59,296 nt of DNA, taken from a virus (lineage: Duplodnaviria > Caudoviricetes). The notes under the pieces were generated by a model, which worked only from the letters and a program-made list of their open reading frames with translations, was not told the origin of the DNA and searched no databases. Made by a program: the position numbers and the translations under genes. The stretch spans positions 1-59,296 of IMG/VR virus record IMGVR_UViG_3300039171_000065; one strand, written 5' to 3'. Below are positions 9,627 through 19,227 of this stretch, piece by piece. The stretch's first letter is position 1. Every line of letters starts with the position of its first letter.

Positions 9627-9655
9627 TTGCAACATAACCAAAAGTGTATTATAAT
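9627..9655 (+). promoter_or_regulatory. Sigma70-type promoter for the rnh-gp55 unit
   Basis: TTGCAA-17 nt-TATAAT. Confidence 0.7.
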
Positions 9656-9710
9656 TATTCTTAGTGTATAAAAAGTCAAAAAACTGGTTTTTACTTAAAG
9701 GATTTTAAAA

Positions 9711-10181
9711 TTGAAAAGACAAATACAAATATGGAGTGATGGAGGGAAGCGTAAAGAAATAGCGTCATGGGCTTTCTGTTTGTATTCACCAGATATTGAA
9801 AAAGTTATATATGAAAAACGTGGTTGTATTACAGGAACATCACAACAAGGTGAATTGAGTGCAGGACTATATGCACTAGAGTTTATTTTTAATAGATTTA
9901 CAAGTAAACAACTTGCATCAATGGATATAACACTATATACTGATAGTCAATACTTATCCAAAGGCATGAATGATTGGCTATGGGGTTGGAAGAACAAAGG
10001 TTGGAAAGGTTCTTCAATGAAGATTATTAAGAATGTAGATTACTGGAAAAGACTTGATACACTTAAATCACAGATGCCTTCCGTTAAGTTTCAATGGATA
10101 AAAGGCCATGCTGGTATTGAGTTGAATGAGTACGTAGATAAGTTATGTACAAAAGCTTTAGAGGATTATCACGCAGTATGA
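9711..10181 (+). CDS. rnhA: Ribonuclease HI (type 1)
   Basis: IWSDGG, GELSA, YTDSQY, W..KGWK, KNVDYW, WIKGHAG..LNE.VD; TTG start. Confidence 0.93.
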   Translation: MKRQIQIWSDGGKRKEIASWAFCLYSPDIEKVIYEKRGCITGTSQQGELSAGLYALEFIFNRFTSKQLASMDITLYTDSQYLSKGMNDWLWGWKNKGWKGSSMKIIKNVDYWKRLDTLKSQMPSVKFQWIKGHAGIELNEYVDKLCTKALEDYHAV

Positions 10182-10921
10182 AAAAAATTAGCGAAATCAC
10201 AGTAAAGGATATTGACAATCTGGAATTCGAATTGAAGTTGGAAGCAGAAAAAGAAGACAAAAAATCACACTATGTAAACAACAAAGAATTGTTCAAAGAA
10301 TTTCAAAAGTATTATGCAGTCAAGCAAAAGCTTCTGGAAGAACACAAAGAGCAAATGCTTGATGACTTTGGTTTGCTTGATGAAGAAGAACTTGAGCAAC
10401 ACAGTGAAGAGATTCAAGAAGAATTTAAAAAAGCACTCAAGACGTTCACAGCACCACCATTAACCAATATTATTGGACAAGCCATTCTAGATATTTCATA
10501 CAGACGGTGCTACAGTCCTCGGTTTGTAAACTACACACCGAACTGGAAAGAAGAGATGATCAATGACGCAATCGAAACCTGTGTCAAGTATGCACACAAT
10601 TTTAACCCAGAGAAATACAACAATCCATTTGCATACTTGACACAATTGGTCAACAATGCAAACTTTCAAAGGATCAAGAAAGAACACAAGCAACAGTATA
10701 TAAAACTAAAGTTGTTTGATGACAGTCACGGATTTGTTGGTGATATTGATGAGAACAACATGAATGAAGAAGACATGGAAATTATTGATGAATCCAATGA
10801 AATGTACAGTGATCGTTTAAAGTATATCGACAACTATGAAGAGATTCAGGGGCTGAACAAAGAACGTCAGAAACGTAAGAAGAAAGGCGATGATAACGAC
10901 AGCATTCTGGATATGGAGTAA
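10178..10921 (+). CDS. gp55: Late-transcription sigma factor
   Basis: HYVNNKEL, PRFVNYT..WKEEMI.DAIE.C, NFNPEKY.NPFAYLTQ, RIKKEHKQ. Confidence 0.95.
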   Translation: MKKISEITVKDIDNLEFELKLEAEKEDKKSHYVNNKELFKEFQKYYAVKQKLLEEHKEQMLDDFGLLDEEELEQHSEEIQEEFKKALKTFTAPPLTNIIGQAILDISYRRCYSPRFVNYTPNWKEEMINDAIETCVKYAHNFNPEKYNNPFAYLTQLVNNANFQRIKKEHKQQYIKLKLFDDSHGFVGDIDENNMNEEDMEIIDESNEMYSDRLKYIDNYEEIQGLNKERQKRKKKGDDNDSILDME

Positions 10922-10927
10922 TTAATA

Positions 10928-11158
10928 ATGCAAGCGAGAAACGGGGATAAGGTAGTTGTTACCCACATCCCTAGTGGAATATCAGCATCATGTCTTTTAA
11001 ACTTGTATAGGTATCAACACCAGTGCCATGCCAGAGCCATGAGCCTCTTAAAATCGAGGCTCATGGCATCACAACAGATAGATGTTTCACTAGACGATGT
11101 TAATTGGAAATACACTTCATGCGATCAGAATCCAGAAACTCCGAATTTATTGAAATGA
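10928..11158 (+). CDS. Release-factor domain-3-like small protein lacking GGQ
   Basis: VVVTHIPSGISASC...RYQHQCHARAMSLLKSRL resembles class I RF VRITHLPTGI...RSQHKNKAKA..VL..R. Confidence 0.55.
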   Translation: MQARNGDKVVVTHIPSGISASCLLNLYRYQHQCHARAMSLLKSRLMASQQIDVSLDDVNWKYTSCDQNPETPNLLK

Positions 11159-11292
11159 TAAAACAGTTGCACAGAGATAATTCCTATGATACCGTCATGG
11201 GAATTCGTGAAGATTCTGAGTTCATTGCACTAAAGAAGATTCACGAGCGAAACAAAATAATCGACATGATCTTAAAAGAGGTGAAATTATGA
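11155..11292 (+). CDS. Small hypothetical protein
   Basis: ATGA-coupled to both neighbours. Confidence 0.5.
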   Translation: MIKQLHRDNSYDTVMGIREDSEFIALKKIHERNKIIDMILKEVKL

Positions 11293-11471
11293 GCAGGAAC
11301 GCATTTTTTAATGTTGACTTAGAAGACACAAGTGAATTGGCAACTATTGTTGAGGCTATGATTGAGGAAGCGGTTGATGGGTATAAAGAAGAAATTGCAG
11401 AATTAAAAGACAAAATAGCAGAGCTTGAAGGTGATCTTCATGAATCTGAAAAAAATCAATGCGAGTGTTGA
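11289..11471 (+). CDS. Small acidic coiled-coil protein
   Basis: GAGGTG RBS; heptad pattern. Confidence 0.6.
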   Translation: MSRNAFFNVDLEDTSELATIVEAMIEEAVDGYKEEIAELKDKIAELEGDLHESEKNQCEC

Positions 11472-11472
11472 T

Positions 11473-11811
11473 ATGGATAATCAACTTTACTTTGTGGGTT
11501 TAAAAAAAGTTCCAACCACGTTAGAGGTGGTTCTTAATCAAGTCCCAGACTCATGGAGAAGTATTGTAGAAAATCTGATTAATGATCTTTTTGAGTGTGG
11601 TTGGAATGGAGAGATTGAACAAATTAAAGAAAAATTCGGAGAACTTAGATTTTATATAAACCAAACTAAAAACCTTGAAGCCATATATTCTCTAATAACG
11701 GAGGCAGAATTACTTACAGAAAGTATTTGTATTATGTGTGGTGAACCAGCAACAACAATAAGCGGTGGTGGTTGGTATACACATCGTTGCGAAACCCATA
11801 AGGACGCATAG
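11473..11811 (+). CDS. Conserved phage hypothetical protein
   Basis: QIKEKFGELRFY motif and C-x2-C...W..-C..H tail. Confidence 0.7.
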   Translation: MDNQLYFVGLKKVPTTLEVVLNQVPDSWRSIVENLINDLFECGWNGEIEQIKEKFGELRFYINQTKNLEAIYSLITEAELLTESICIMCGEPATTISGGGWYTHRCETHKDA

Positions 11812-11813
11812 AA

Positions 11814-12908
11814 ATGAGCAAAGTAATGATATCAACAGATTGGCATATCGGGGCGCGAGGTGGCAGTACAATCTTTCGAGATTATTTTACGTGGTATTTT
11901 AAAGAAAAATTCTTTCCTTATATGAAAGAAAACAACATCACCACACTATTAATGCTTGGTGATTTTTTTGATAATCGAAACCACTTGTCACTCAGTGATA
12001 TTGCTTTTGTGAATGAGGTTTTTCTGCCTTTGCTAGAGTCACATAAGTGTACTATGTACACCATTGCTGGTAATCATGATCTGGCATTCAAAAATACAAA
12101 TGCAGTCACATCTTTGTCTATTATGCAACACAGCAAATATGTACACATTCTAAAAGACAAGGTAGAAGAATTCAATTTTGATGGTAGTCGGTTTGTATTT
12201 GTGCCATGGATCAACGGCAACAACTACGATGAGTTCATGACAGAACTAAACAACATCAAAGACAAAGAAAACACATTTGTACTTTGCCACGCCGAATTTA
12301 ATTCATTTCTCATGTACAAGAATTCATCTCGTTGTGAATCTGGAATCGAACCAAGCCTTTTCAAAGAATTTAAAGGTGTGTGGTCTGGTCACTTTCATCA
12401 CCCGTCAAAAATTGGTAATGTCGAATATCTGGGATCAATGTTTCATCTCAATTGGCAAGATCATAACGACAAGCGCGGGTTCTGGGTGTATGACACAGAC
12501 ACACAAGAAAAGGTTCATATTGAAAACGAGTATAGCTTGTTCACTGAAATTCTCTACGAAGACGATCATGGATTGACAGATGATCAGATCAATGAGTATT
12601 GCAACCACCAGTTTGTAAAAGTTGTGATCGACAAAGAATATGATAAAGTCAAGTTTATGGACTTTTTCTCTAAGGTTAACAGCGCCAAACCGATTGATGT
12701 ACAGGTTCAGAATAATTATGCTATACTGAGTGCCAAAGAAATTACCAAAACTGATGCTGCTGAACCAGACGTAAAAGATAAGTCTATTGATACTTACATA
12801 GACACATACGTTATGAAGACAGTTTCAGAAGACAAGCGGGCCTCGATTATGAGCAAGTTCAATGATGTAAAGGCTAAAGCATCTGACATGATAGTTAAGG
12901 GTGAATAA
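11814..12908 (+). CDS. gp47: Recombination nuclease subunit (Mre11/SbcD-like)
   Basis: DWHIG, LGDFFD, GNHD, SGHFH metallophosphoesterase motifs; precedes gp46. Confidence 0.95.
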   Translation: MSKVMISTDWHIGARGGSTIFRDYFTWYFKEKFFPYMKENNITTLLMLGDFFDNRNHLSLSDIAFVNEVFLPLLESHKCTMYTIAGNHDLAFKNTNAVTSLSIMQHSKYVHILKDKVEEFNFDGSRFVFVPWINGNNYDEFMTELNNIKDKENTFVLCHAEFNSFLMYKNSSRCESGIEPSLFKEFKGVWSGHFHHPSKIGNVEYLGSMFHLNWQDHNDKRGFWVYDTDTQEKVHIENEYSLFTEILYEDDHGLTDDQINEYCNHQFVKVVIDKEYDKVKFMDFFSKVNSAKPIDVQVQNNYAILSAKEITKTDAAEPDVKDKSIDTYIDTYVMKTVSEDKRASIMSKFNDVKAKASDMIVKGE

Positions 12909-12911
12909 TAC

Positions 12912-14627
12912 ATGATCAATTTTAAGTCTATCAGTTACAAAAATTTTCAGTCAGTAGGTAATGCTGGCATGAAAATTGATCTTGACCGTTCGCCAACTAC
13001 CCTAATCGGTGGGCCAAATGGTGCAGGTAAAAGCAATTTGCTTGAAGCTATCAGCTACGCACTATTCGGAAAGCCACTAAAAAAGGTTAAGCTTGCTGGA
13101 CTAATCAACAGCATCAATCGAAAGAACATGCAAACTGAATGTGTGTTCACAAAATACGGCGATGAGTACAAAGTATTTCGTGGTGAAAAGCCAAAGGTCT
13201 TTAAGATTTTCAAGAACGGAGAACTGCTAGATCAGAACGCCGCAAGCAAAGATTATCAGGCTACACTAGAAAACGTCATAGGAATGGATCACAAGCTCTT
13301 CACACAGGTTTGTTTGCTGAACCGTGAGCGTTACATACCCTTTATGGATATGGGTGTTGCTGATCGTCGTAAGGTGGTAGAGGACATTCTAGACATCAAC
13401 ATTTTTGGATACATGAACAAGATTGTTAAAGGCAATACAGATTCAATCAAGGCTCAAATTTCTGACCTAGACTATGAACGTGGTTTGTCAGTGACTAAAC
13501 GTGATGGTGTTGAACGGTTGATTGAGCAGGCCAAGAACAACGTATCTGATCAGGTTGATGGACTGAACCAGCAAATTACTGACAATACAGACAAGATCAA
13601 ATCCATTGAATCGAAAGATTCTGATCTTGAAGCCAGTCTTAAAAAGTATGAAGGGCTTGATGAGAAATACAGAAAGCTAAAAGATAAGAAGCAAAAGTTC
13701 AGTGAGTTCTCTTATAAGTTCACATCAAAGATGACAGAACTGAAAAAGGAGCGGGCTTTCTATGATGATAATGATCAATGCCCGACATGCACACAGCATA
13801 TTGATGAAGATTTTAAGCAGGCCATTATAACGGGTGTTGATTCTAAGCAGGGGGAAATTACAGAACAAACCACTAAATTGATGGATGAACTGAAAAAGGT
13901 TCTGGATAAGATAAAGGAAATATCTGATCAGCTAGAAGAGAAGTCACAGATTCAATCTTCTATCAATACCAATAAGTCAGAAATAAATTTTCTTGATCGT
14001 GAAAATACAAAGCTTTCTAATCAGATAAAGTCAATCAGTGAAAATAAAGTAGATGATGGGCTTGATGGTCAGTTTTTGGAACTGGATAAGAAAGTTAATG
14101 AGATGGATGTTACTCTGAACGAGTTAATGCTTGAATTGGAAGAGTATGAAGCCATGCGCTCTATGCTTAAAGATGACGGTATCAAGGCGTCTATCGTCGA
14201 TGACTATGTTGGTTTTATCAACAAGCGCGTAAACGAATATCTGAATCATATGGGATTTTTCATCAATATCACACTGGATGGTAATTTTGAAGAAACTATC
14301 AACAGCGTTAATAAGAAAGATTTTACCTATGATAATCTAAGCACTGGTCAGAAAACTCGTGTGAATTTGGCATTGATGATGGTTCTACTTGAAGTTTCGG
14401 CTATGAAAAACAGCGCAGCCACCAACTTAATTTTTATTGATGAGCTACTTGAAAACTTAGACTCAGATGGGGTATCATTGTTTATGAATCTGATCAAAGA
14501 GAAAATGAAACACAAAAATGTCTTTGTTGCAACACAAAGGTTTGGAGAGTTTCAGGATCATTTCAGGTCAGAACTTTTGTTTAAACTTGGTGAAGATGGT
14601 TTCACAGAATTGGTAAAAAACTCATGA
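12912..14627 (+). CDS. gp46: Recombination ATPase subunit (Rad50/SbcC-like)
   Basis: KNFQSVGN, GPNGAGKS, CPTC zinc hook, LSTGQK signature, IFIDE. Confidence 0.96.
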   Translation: MINFKSISYKNFQSVGNAGMKIDLDRSPTTLIGGPNGAGKSNLLEAISYALFGKPLKKVKLAGLINSINRKNMQTECVFTKYGDEYKVFRGEKPKVFKIFKNGELLDQNAASKDYQATLENVIGMDHKLFTQVCLLNRERYIPFMDMGVADRRKVVEDILDINIFGYMNKIVKGNTDSIKAQISDLDYERGLSVTKRDGVERLIEQAKNNVSDQVDGLNQQITDNTDKIKSIESKDSDLEASLKKYEGLDEKYRKLKDKKQKFSEFSYKFTSKMTELKKERAFYDDNDQCPTCTQHIDEDFKQAIITGVDSKQGEITEQTTKLMDELKKVLDKIKEISDQLEEKSQIQSSINTNKSEINFLDRENTKLSNQIKSISENKVDDGLDGQFLELDKKVNEMDVTLNELMLELEEYEAMRSMLKDDGIKASIVDDYVGFINKRVNEYLNHMGFFINITLDGNFEETINSVNKKDFTYDNLSTGQKTRVNLALMMVLLEVSAMKNSAATNLIFIDELLENLDSDGVSLFMNLIKEKMKHKNVFVATQRFGEFQDHFRSELLFKLGEDGFTELVKNS

Positions 14628-14780
14628 AGGTGATCATTTGCGGGTCAAGAAAATTATTTTTTAGAACCAAGTGAGGTTGAACAGGCTGTCATCCTCTCTG
14701 GCTTTAAAATCACTGAGTTGGGTGTGGTTTGGCGAAAGGAACAAAGGACTGCTATGATCGAGCTTGTAAAGCAAATCTGA
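14624..14780 (+). pseudogene. Degraded YspA/DUF2493 (SLOG)-like gene
   Basis: MKVIICGSR then +1 frameshift to NYFLEPSEVEQAVILSGFKITEL; much shorter than the family norm. Confidence 0.5.
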
Positions 14781-14817
14781 AAATGTACCTACACAACACA
14801 AATGGGTTAATGACACT

Positions 14818-15993
14818 ATGAAGATTACACAAGAATTGGTTGAAACATACGTTGATCGTGGGCTTGTGAAACGAAACGTATTGGGTGATTTCACACTCTA
14901 CTGTTATTCACAAGAAACATTTTTTGATAAGTCATGGGATGATGTGACAAAATCTTGTCGTGGTCTGGTATTTTATAAGGGCGAGATTGTCAATCATCCA
15001 TTTCCAAAAATTTTCAATCTGGATGAGGTTGAAGAAACATCACTTGATCAAGTCATGAGCTTGATTGCTGGTGGTCAAGAATACGTGCTTTGTCACAAAG
15101 TAAACGGCCATCTATGTATTGTTGATTATATTGCAGAATTGGACAAGTTTCTGGTTCATACAAAGGGTTCTCTTCAAGACAATGAAATGAATCAATCTGA
15201 TAAAGAAATGTTTTTTACTCAACACACTCATATGATAGAAAAGATTCGATCAAATGGTTCGAGTGTTACTTTCATGTTTGAGTCTATTCATGAAGACGAC
15301 CAACATACACTATACGAACAAGAAGTTTCCCGCTATGGTGGAAGAAACAACTTGGTTTTACTTGGTGGATATCATGAAAATCCACAGAGAAAAGGTCATT
15401 GGAAGTCATTACCGCCATGGTCACTACAAAAATGGGCAGAATATAGTGGAACTCCCTGTGTCGAACACGATGAAGAAAAAGCACTGGATCATGACACAAT
15501 CAAGCTTATGTTTGATGAGATTGACACAGAAGGCTACGTTATCTGGTTTACCAATCTCGATTTTCGAGTCAAGGTCAAAACCACAGACTACTGGAAAATG
15601 CGGTTTCGTAAAGAGTTAACACCAGATACCATTATTGATAAGTTTGTTTCTGGTGGGGACACACGAATCCAAAACCGATACCCAGAAGAGATTGCTGATA
15701 AGGCTGTTGATTTGATAGAAAGATATTTCGATAGGTTTATTGCTGATGCTGGTCTAAGTATCCCTGCAAAAGCTTTTGGATTAGAAAGAAAGAATATTGC
15801 TCAAAGTGATTTACTGACAAATATGCAAAAATCTTTGTTATTCAACATCTTAGACGGAAAGAAAATAGTTATTAAAAAATATATGAATAATAAGCAATTT
15901 CGACTTGACTTCAAAGCCTATATGAACGATAATGAGTCATACAAGAAAGACATTGCGGATTCACTCATTAAATACATTGAAGAACGAGGATAA
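14818..15993 (+). CDS. rnlA: RNA ligase 1 family
   Basis: CRGLVF, PFPKIFNL, motif I KVNG, FMFE, EGYVI, RVKVK. Confidence 0.88.
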   Translation: MKITQELVETYVDRGLVKRNVLGDFTLYCYSQETFFDKSWDDVTKSCRGLVFYKGEIVNHPFPKIFNLDEVEETSLDQVMSLIAGGQEYVLCHKVNGHLCIVDYIAELDKFLVHTKGSLQDNEMNQSDKEMFFTQHTHMIEKIRSNGSSVTFMFESIHEDDQHTLYEQEVSRYGGRNNLVLLGGYHENPQRKGHWKSLPPWSLQKWAEYSGTPCVEHDEEKALDHDTIKLMFDEIDTEGYVIWFTNLDFRVKVKTTDYWKMRFRKELTPDTIIDKFVSGGDTRIQNRYPEEIADKAVDLIERYFDRFIADAGLSIPAKAFGLERKNIAQSDLLTNMQKSLLFNILDGKKIVIKKYMNNKQFRLDFKAYMNDNESYKKDIADSLIKYIEERG

Positions 15994-15997
15994 TATT

Positions 15998-16192
15998 ATG
16001 AACGCTGGACTATTGATGGTTGTGATTTGTTTTGCTGCTCTGGCAGGTCTTGGATTTGCTATCTCATTTGGAGTATATATTGTTGTAGCAGTCTTTGGTG
16101 GAAACACCACCATTACAAAAAAAATGATGAAATTCTTTGGCATCGTTCTGGGAGCTAGTTTAGTCGGCTTCTTATTCGCTGCTGATAAGTAA
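15998..16192 (+). CDS. Small two-TM membrane protein
   Basis: Two hydrophobic helices; GAGGA RBS. Confidence 0.65.
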   Translation: MNAGLLMVVICFAALAGLGFAISFGVYIVVAVFGGNTTITKKMMKFFGIVLGASLVGFLFAADK

Positions 16193-16205
16193 ACGGGAAT
16201 ACGTT

Positions 16206-16730
16206 ATGATTATACTGATGAGAGGAACATCGTGTTCTGGAAAAGGAACTTTCATTGAAACATATTTTGGGCATGAAAGTTCCAACCACGTTTTGTCATC
16301 TGACAATTTTCGAGAGATGTTGTGTGGAACGGTAACAGAACAAACACAGAACAAAATTGTGTTTGATACAATTAGAATGGTTCTAGAGAACCGTTTGAGA
16401 AATCGCGTACCTTTGACCATTCTTGACGCCACACATATTCGATTCAAAGACTGTCAAGACGTGGTTGATCTGTCTAAAAAGTACCATACACCTATCATGG
16501 TAATTTCGATTCAGCCACCTTCTATCGAAGAGTTGAAGTCTAGAAACTTTGATCGTATGAAAGAAACAGGGTTCTTTGTACCAGAAGGGGTTCTTGAAAA
16601 GCATCATCATCGTTACACAGCTTCCATGGCCCCATTTATTAAAGAAGCAATGTACAACGAGTATCTCAAATTTACTGAAATTGACCAAGATTACAACGTG
16701 GTTCGTTTTGTTGAGGGGGTTGATAAGTGA
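16206..16730 (+). CDS. Polynucleotide 5'-kinase (AAA_33 / Pnkp kinase module)
   Basis: GTSCSGKGT P-loop, LSSDNFR, ILDATH, RN..R lid. Confidence 0.85.
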   Translation: MIILMRGTSCSGKGTFIETYFGHESSNHVLSSDNFREMLCGTVTEQTQNKIVFDTIRMVLENRLRNRVPLTILDATHIRFKDCQDVVDLSKKYHTPIMVISIQPPSIEELKSRNFDRMKETGFFVPEGVLEKHHHRYTASMAPFIKEAMYNEYLKFTEIDQDYNVVRFVEGVDK

Positions 16731-17530
16731 GTAAATTTGATCTTGATGAAATGATGATTGATCACGGCAACAGAGTCAAATCAGTACGTGTTGATGTCAA
16801 CAGATATAATGTGTACGCTATTGGTGACGTACATGGGTGTAATTCTGAGATGATAGAACTCATTGAAAAATGTCTTGTTCATTGTTACAAAGAGAAAAAA
16901 TTTGCAAAAATTTACTTGCTTGGTGACTTGATTGACAGAGGCCCAGATTTTTTTGAAGTTTTCTTGTCACTACAGCATACTTTTATCGAATGTATCATTG
17001 GAAATCATGAACTGAATTTCTACCTTGAACGAATGGGCAAAGAATGTCGTTCCCGTTCACGTAAAGTCTCTCATGACAAATTTGATGCATTGGAAGAACA
17101 GCATCAAGACTTTGTTATGAAGAGTATTGGTGATATGCCAAACGCAGCCATTGTAGAGCTTTTTGACGATACAGGTGATATGGATATGGTTCCTTTTCTT
17201 TTATCACATTCACCAATCAGGAATATTGAGTATATCGAAACAGATGGTGTTTACAGCACATTAAACGCACCACAATGCTGTATGCGATCAACACAAATCG
17301 ACATGAATGCCTTAGATAAAACAACGAATGGTTGTGTGTTGGTTCATGGGCACCAGTCATGGAACTTTAAACCAGTTCCTGAACAGTTAGAAGATCAAGA
17401 AAAATACAACAACAAAGTAATCAATATTGATTCCGGTTGTGTGTATGGAGAAAAGCTTACAGCACTTTGCTTAAATTCACTTGAAGTGATTGAGGTACAA
17501 GCTAAAAAGGCGTATAGTACACGCCACTGA
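16727..17530 (+). CDS. Calcineurin-like metallophosphoesterase (Pnkp phosphatase/ApaH-like)
   Basis: GDVHG, GDLIDRG, GNHE, HGH, IDSGCVYG.KLTAL. Confidence 0.9.
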   Translation: MSKFDLDEMMIDHGNRVKSVRVDVNRYNVYAIGDVHGCNSEMIELIEKCLVHCYKEKKFAKIYLLGDLIDRGPDFFEVFLSLQHTFIECIIGNHELNFYLERMGKECRSRSRKVSHDKFDALEEQHQDFVMKSIGDMPNAAIVELFDDTGDMDMVPFLLSHSPIRNIEYIETDGVYSTLNAPQCCMRSTQIDMNALDKTTNGCVLVHGHQSWNFKPVPEQLEDQEKYNNKVINIDSGCVYGEKLTALCLNSLEVIEVQAKKAYSTRH

Positions 17531-17559
17531 AACATTAACCAATGAGAGAAAGGTATATT

Positions 17560-18258
17560 ATGAGTGAAAATGAAATTAAGTTGTCAGACAAAACAATCAA
17601 GACTTTCAAGAAGCTATACAGCATCAACCAAAGCTTGAGAGTTCTTGACAGCAACACCACTGTGAAGTCTATCAATGAAACAAAAACTTTGGCAGCATAC
17701 GTAGAAATTGAAGAGAGTTTCCCTCGTGATTTCTGTGTGTATGATCTGGGTGAATTTATCAGTGTGTTGAGCATTGTTAATGAACCAGTGTTAGATTTCT
17801 CAAGTGATCGGTTTGTGATTGTAAAAAGCAGCGACAATTCCCAACGTTTGAAGTATATTGAAACAAGTCCTGATCTGATCACATCCTATTTTGAGAATGA
17901 AATCAGTCTCAAGTCAGAAGATATTGTTATTGACGTTGATGAAAAGAGCTTGAAAGCAGTCATGAAAAGTGCAGCTACCTTGCGACTTGAATACATTGGC
18001 TTTCGCGCTGACGGTGAGAACGTATATTTCACTACATTTAATCGCCGCGTAGATAGCGACAACCAAGAAATGAACGCCTTTACAATTGAGCTTGGCCCAT
18101 GTGAAGATACGTTTGATATCTTTTATCCAACAGAGATTATGACGGTTCTAGATGATGAGTGTGAATTCACATTCTCAAAAACACAGCGCATATCTCGTGT
18201 TCGTTGTGGTACTATGGAATACTGGATTGCCATGGACAAAGATTCTGAAATTCAATAA
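17560..18258 (+). CDS. gp45: Sliding clamp
   Basis: KLSDKT...L.SINQS, FPRDFCVYDLGEF, YWIA; precedes the clamp loader. Confidence 0.92.
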   Translation: MSENEIKLSDKTIKTFKKLYSINQSLRVLDSNTTVKSINETKTLAAYVEIEESFPRDFCVYDLGEFISVLSIVNEPVLDFSSDRFVIVKSSDNSQRLKYIETSPDLITSYFENEISLKSEDIVIDVDEKSLKAVMKSAATLRLEYIGFRADGENVYFTTFNRRVDSDNQEMNAFTIELGPCEDTFDIFYPTEIMTVLDDECEFTFSKTQRISRVRCGTMEYWIAMDKDSEIQ

Positions 18259-18276
18259 TCGAGAGGGTTGATATTA

Positions 18277-19227
18277 ATGAGACATAATGAACGCGAAACG
18301 ATCTGGGTTGAAAAATTCAGACCAGATCGTGTGGAAGACGTAATTCTTCCACAAAGAATTAAGACGCAGTTTGAAGATATTGTCAAGGGAAACGAAGTTC
18401 CTAATATGCTTTTGTACGGTGGTGCTGGTGTAGGAAAAACAACAACAGCAAAAGCATTGTGTAAGGAAGTTGATACTGATTGGTTGATTATCAATATCTC
18501 AGAGGAATCAGGTATTGATACACTGCGAACAAAGATCAGAGATTTTGCATCAACACTTTCACTGACTGGCAAAGACAAAAAGAAGTGTGTGATTCTTGAT
18601 GAGTTTGATCATGCTAGTAATGCCTTACAAGCTGGCTTGCGAGGGTTCATTGAATCGTTTTCAAAGACATGTTCATTCGTTATGACGTGCAACTTTCCTA
18701 ATCGAATCATTGATCCTGTTAAGTCTAGGCTTGTTTGTATAGACTTTGGTGTGACCAAAGAAGAATCAATGAAGATGCAAGCTCAGATGTTCAAACGTGT
18801 TTCTGCCATTTTAGATTTTGAGCAGATTCCTTTTGACAAGCGAGTTGTGGTTAAGCTGGTACAGAAGTTCTATCCAGACAACCGCCGTATTCTGAATCAG
18901 ATTCAGCAATACTCAAAAGCGGGTGAGATTGATGAAGGCATTCTTTTAAACATCGAAGAGATGAGTATTGAGAAGCTGGTTCTGGCTATGAAGGGTAAGA
19001 AGTTTAAAGATGTTCGACAATGGTGTGCAGAGAACGCCAAGAACGATCTTACCAATACCTATACAATGCTATACGCTGAGTTGAAAAACTTTGTAGAGCC
19101 TTCGTCAGTGCCACAGGCGGTGATTACCATTGGCGACTACCAACGCTATGATAGTGTGGTTCCAGACAAAGAGATTCATATCTGCGCTTTGGCAACACAG
19201 ATCATGATGGAAGTTGATTTCCTATGA
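18277..19227 (+). CDS. gp44: Clamp loader ATPase subunit
   Basis: WVEKFRP, GGAGVGKTT, ILDEFD, GIDTLR. Confidence 0.96.
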   Translation: MRHNERETIWVEKFRPDRVEDVILPQRIKTQFEDIVKGNEVPNMLLYGGAGVGKTTTAKALCKEVDTDWLIINISEESGIDTLRTKIRDFASTLSLTGKDKKKCVILDEFDHASNALQAGLRGFIESFSKTCSFVMTCNFPNRIIDPVKSRLVCIDFGVTKEESMKMQAQMFKRVSAILDFEQIPFDKRVVVKLVQKFYPDNRRILNQIQQYSKAGEIDEGILLNIEEMSIEKLVLAMKGKKFKDVRQWCAENAKNDLTNTYTMLYAELKNFVEPSSVPQAVITIGDYQRYDSVVPDKEIHICALATQIMMEVDFL

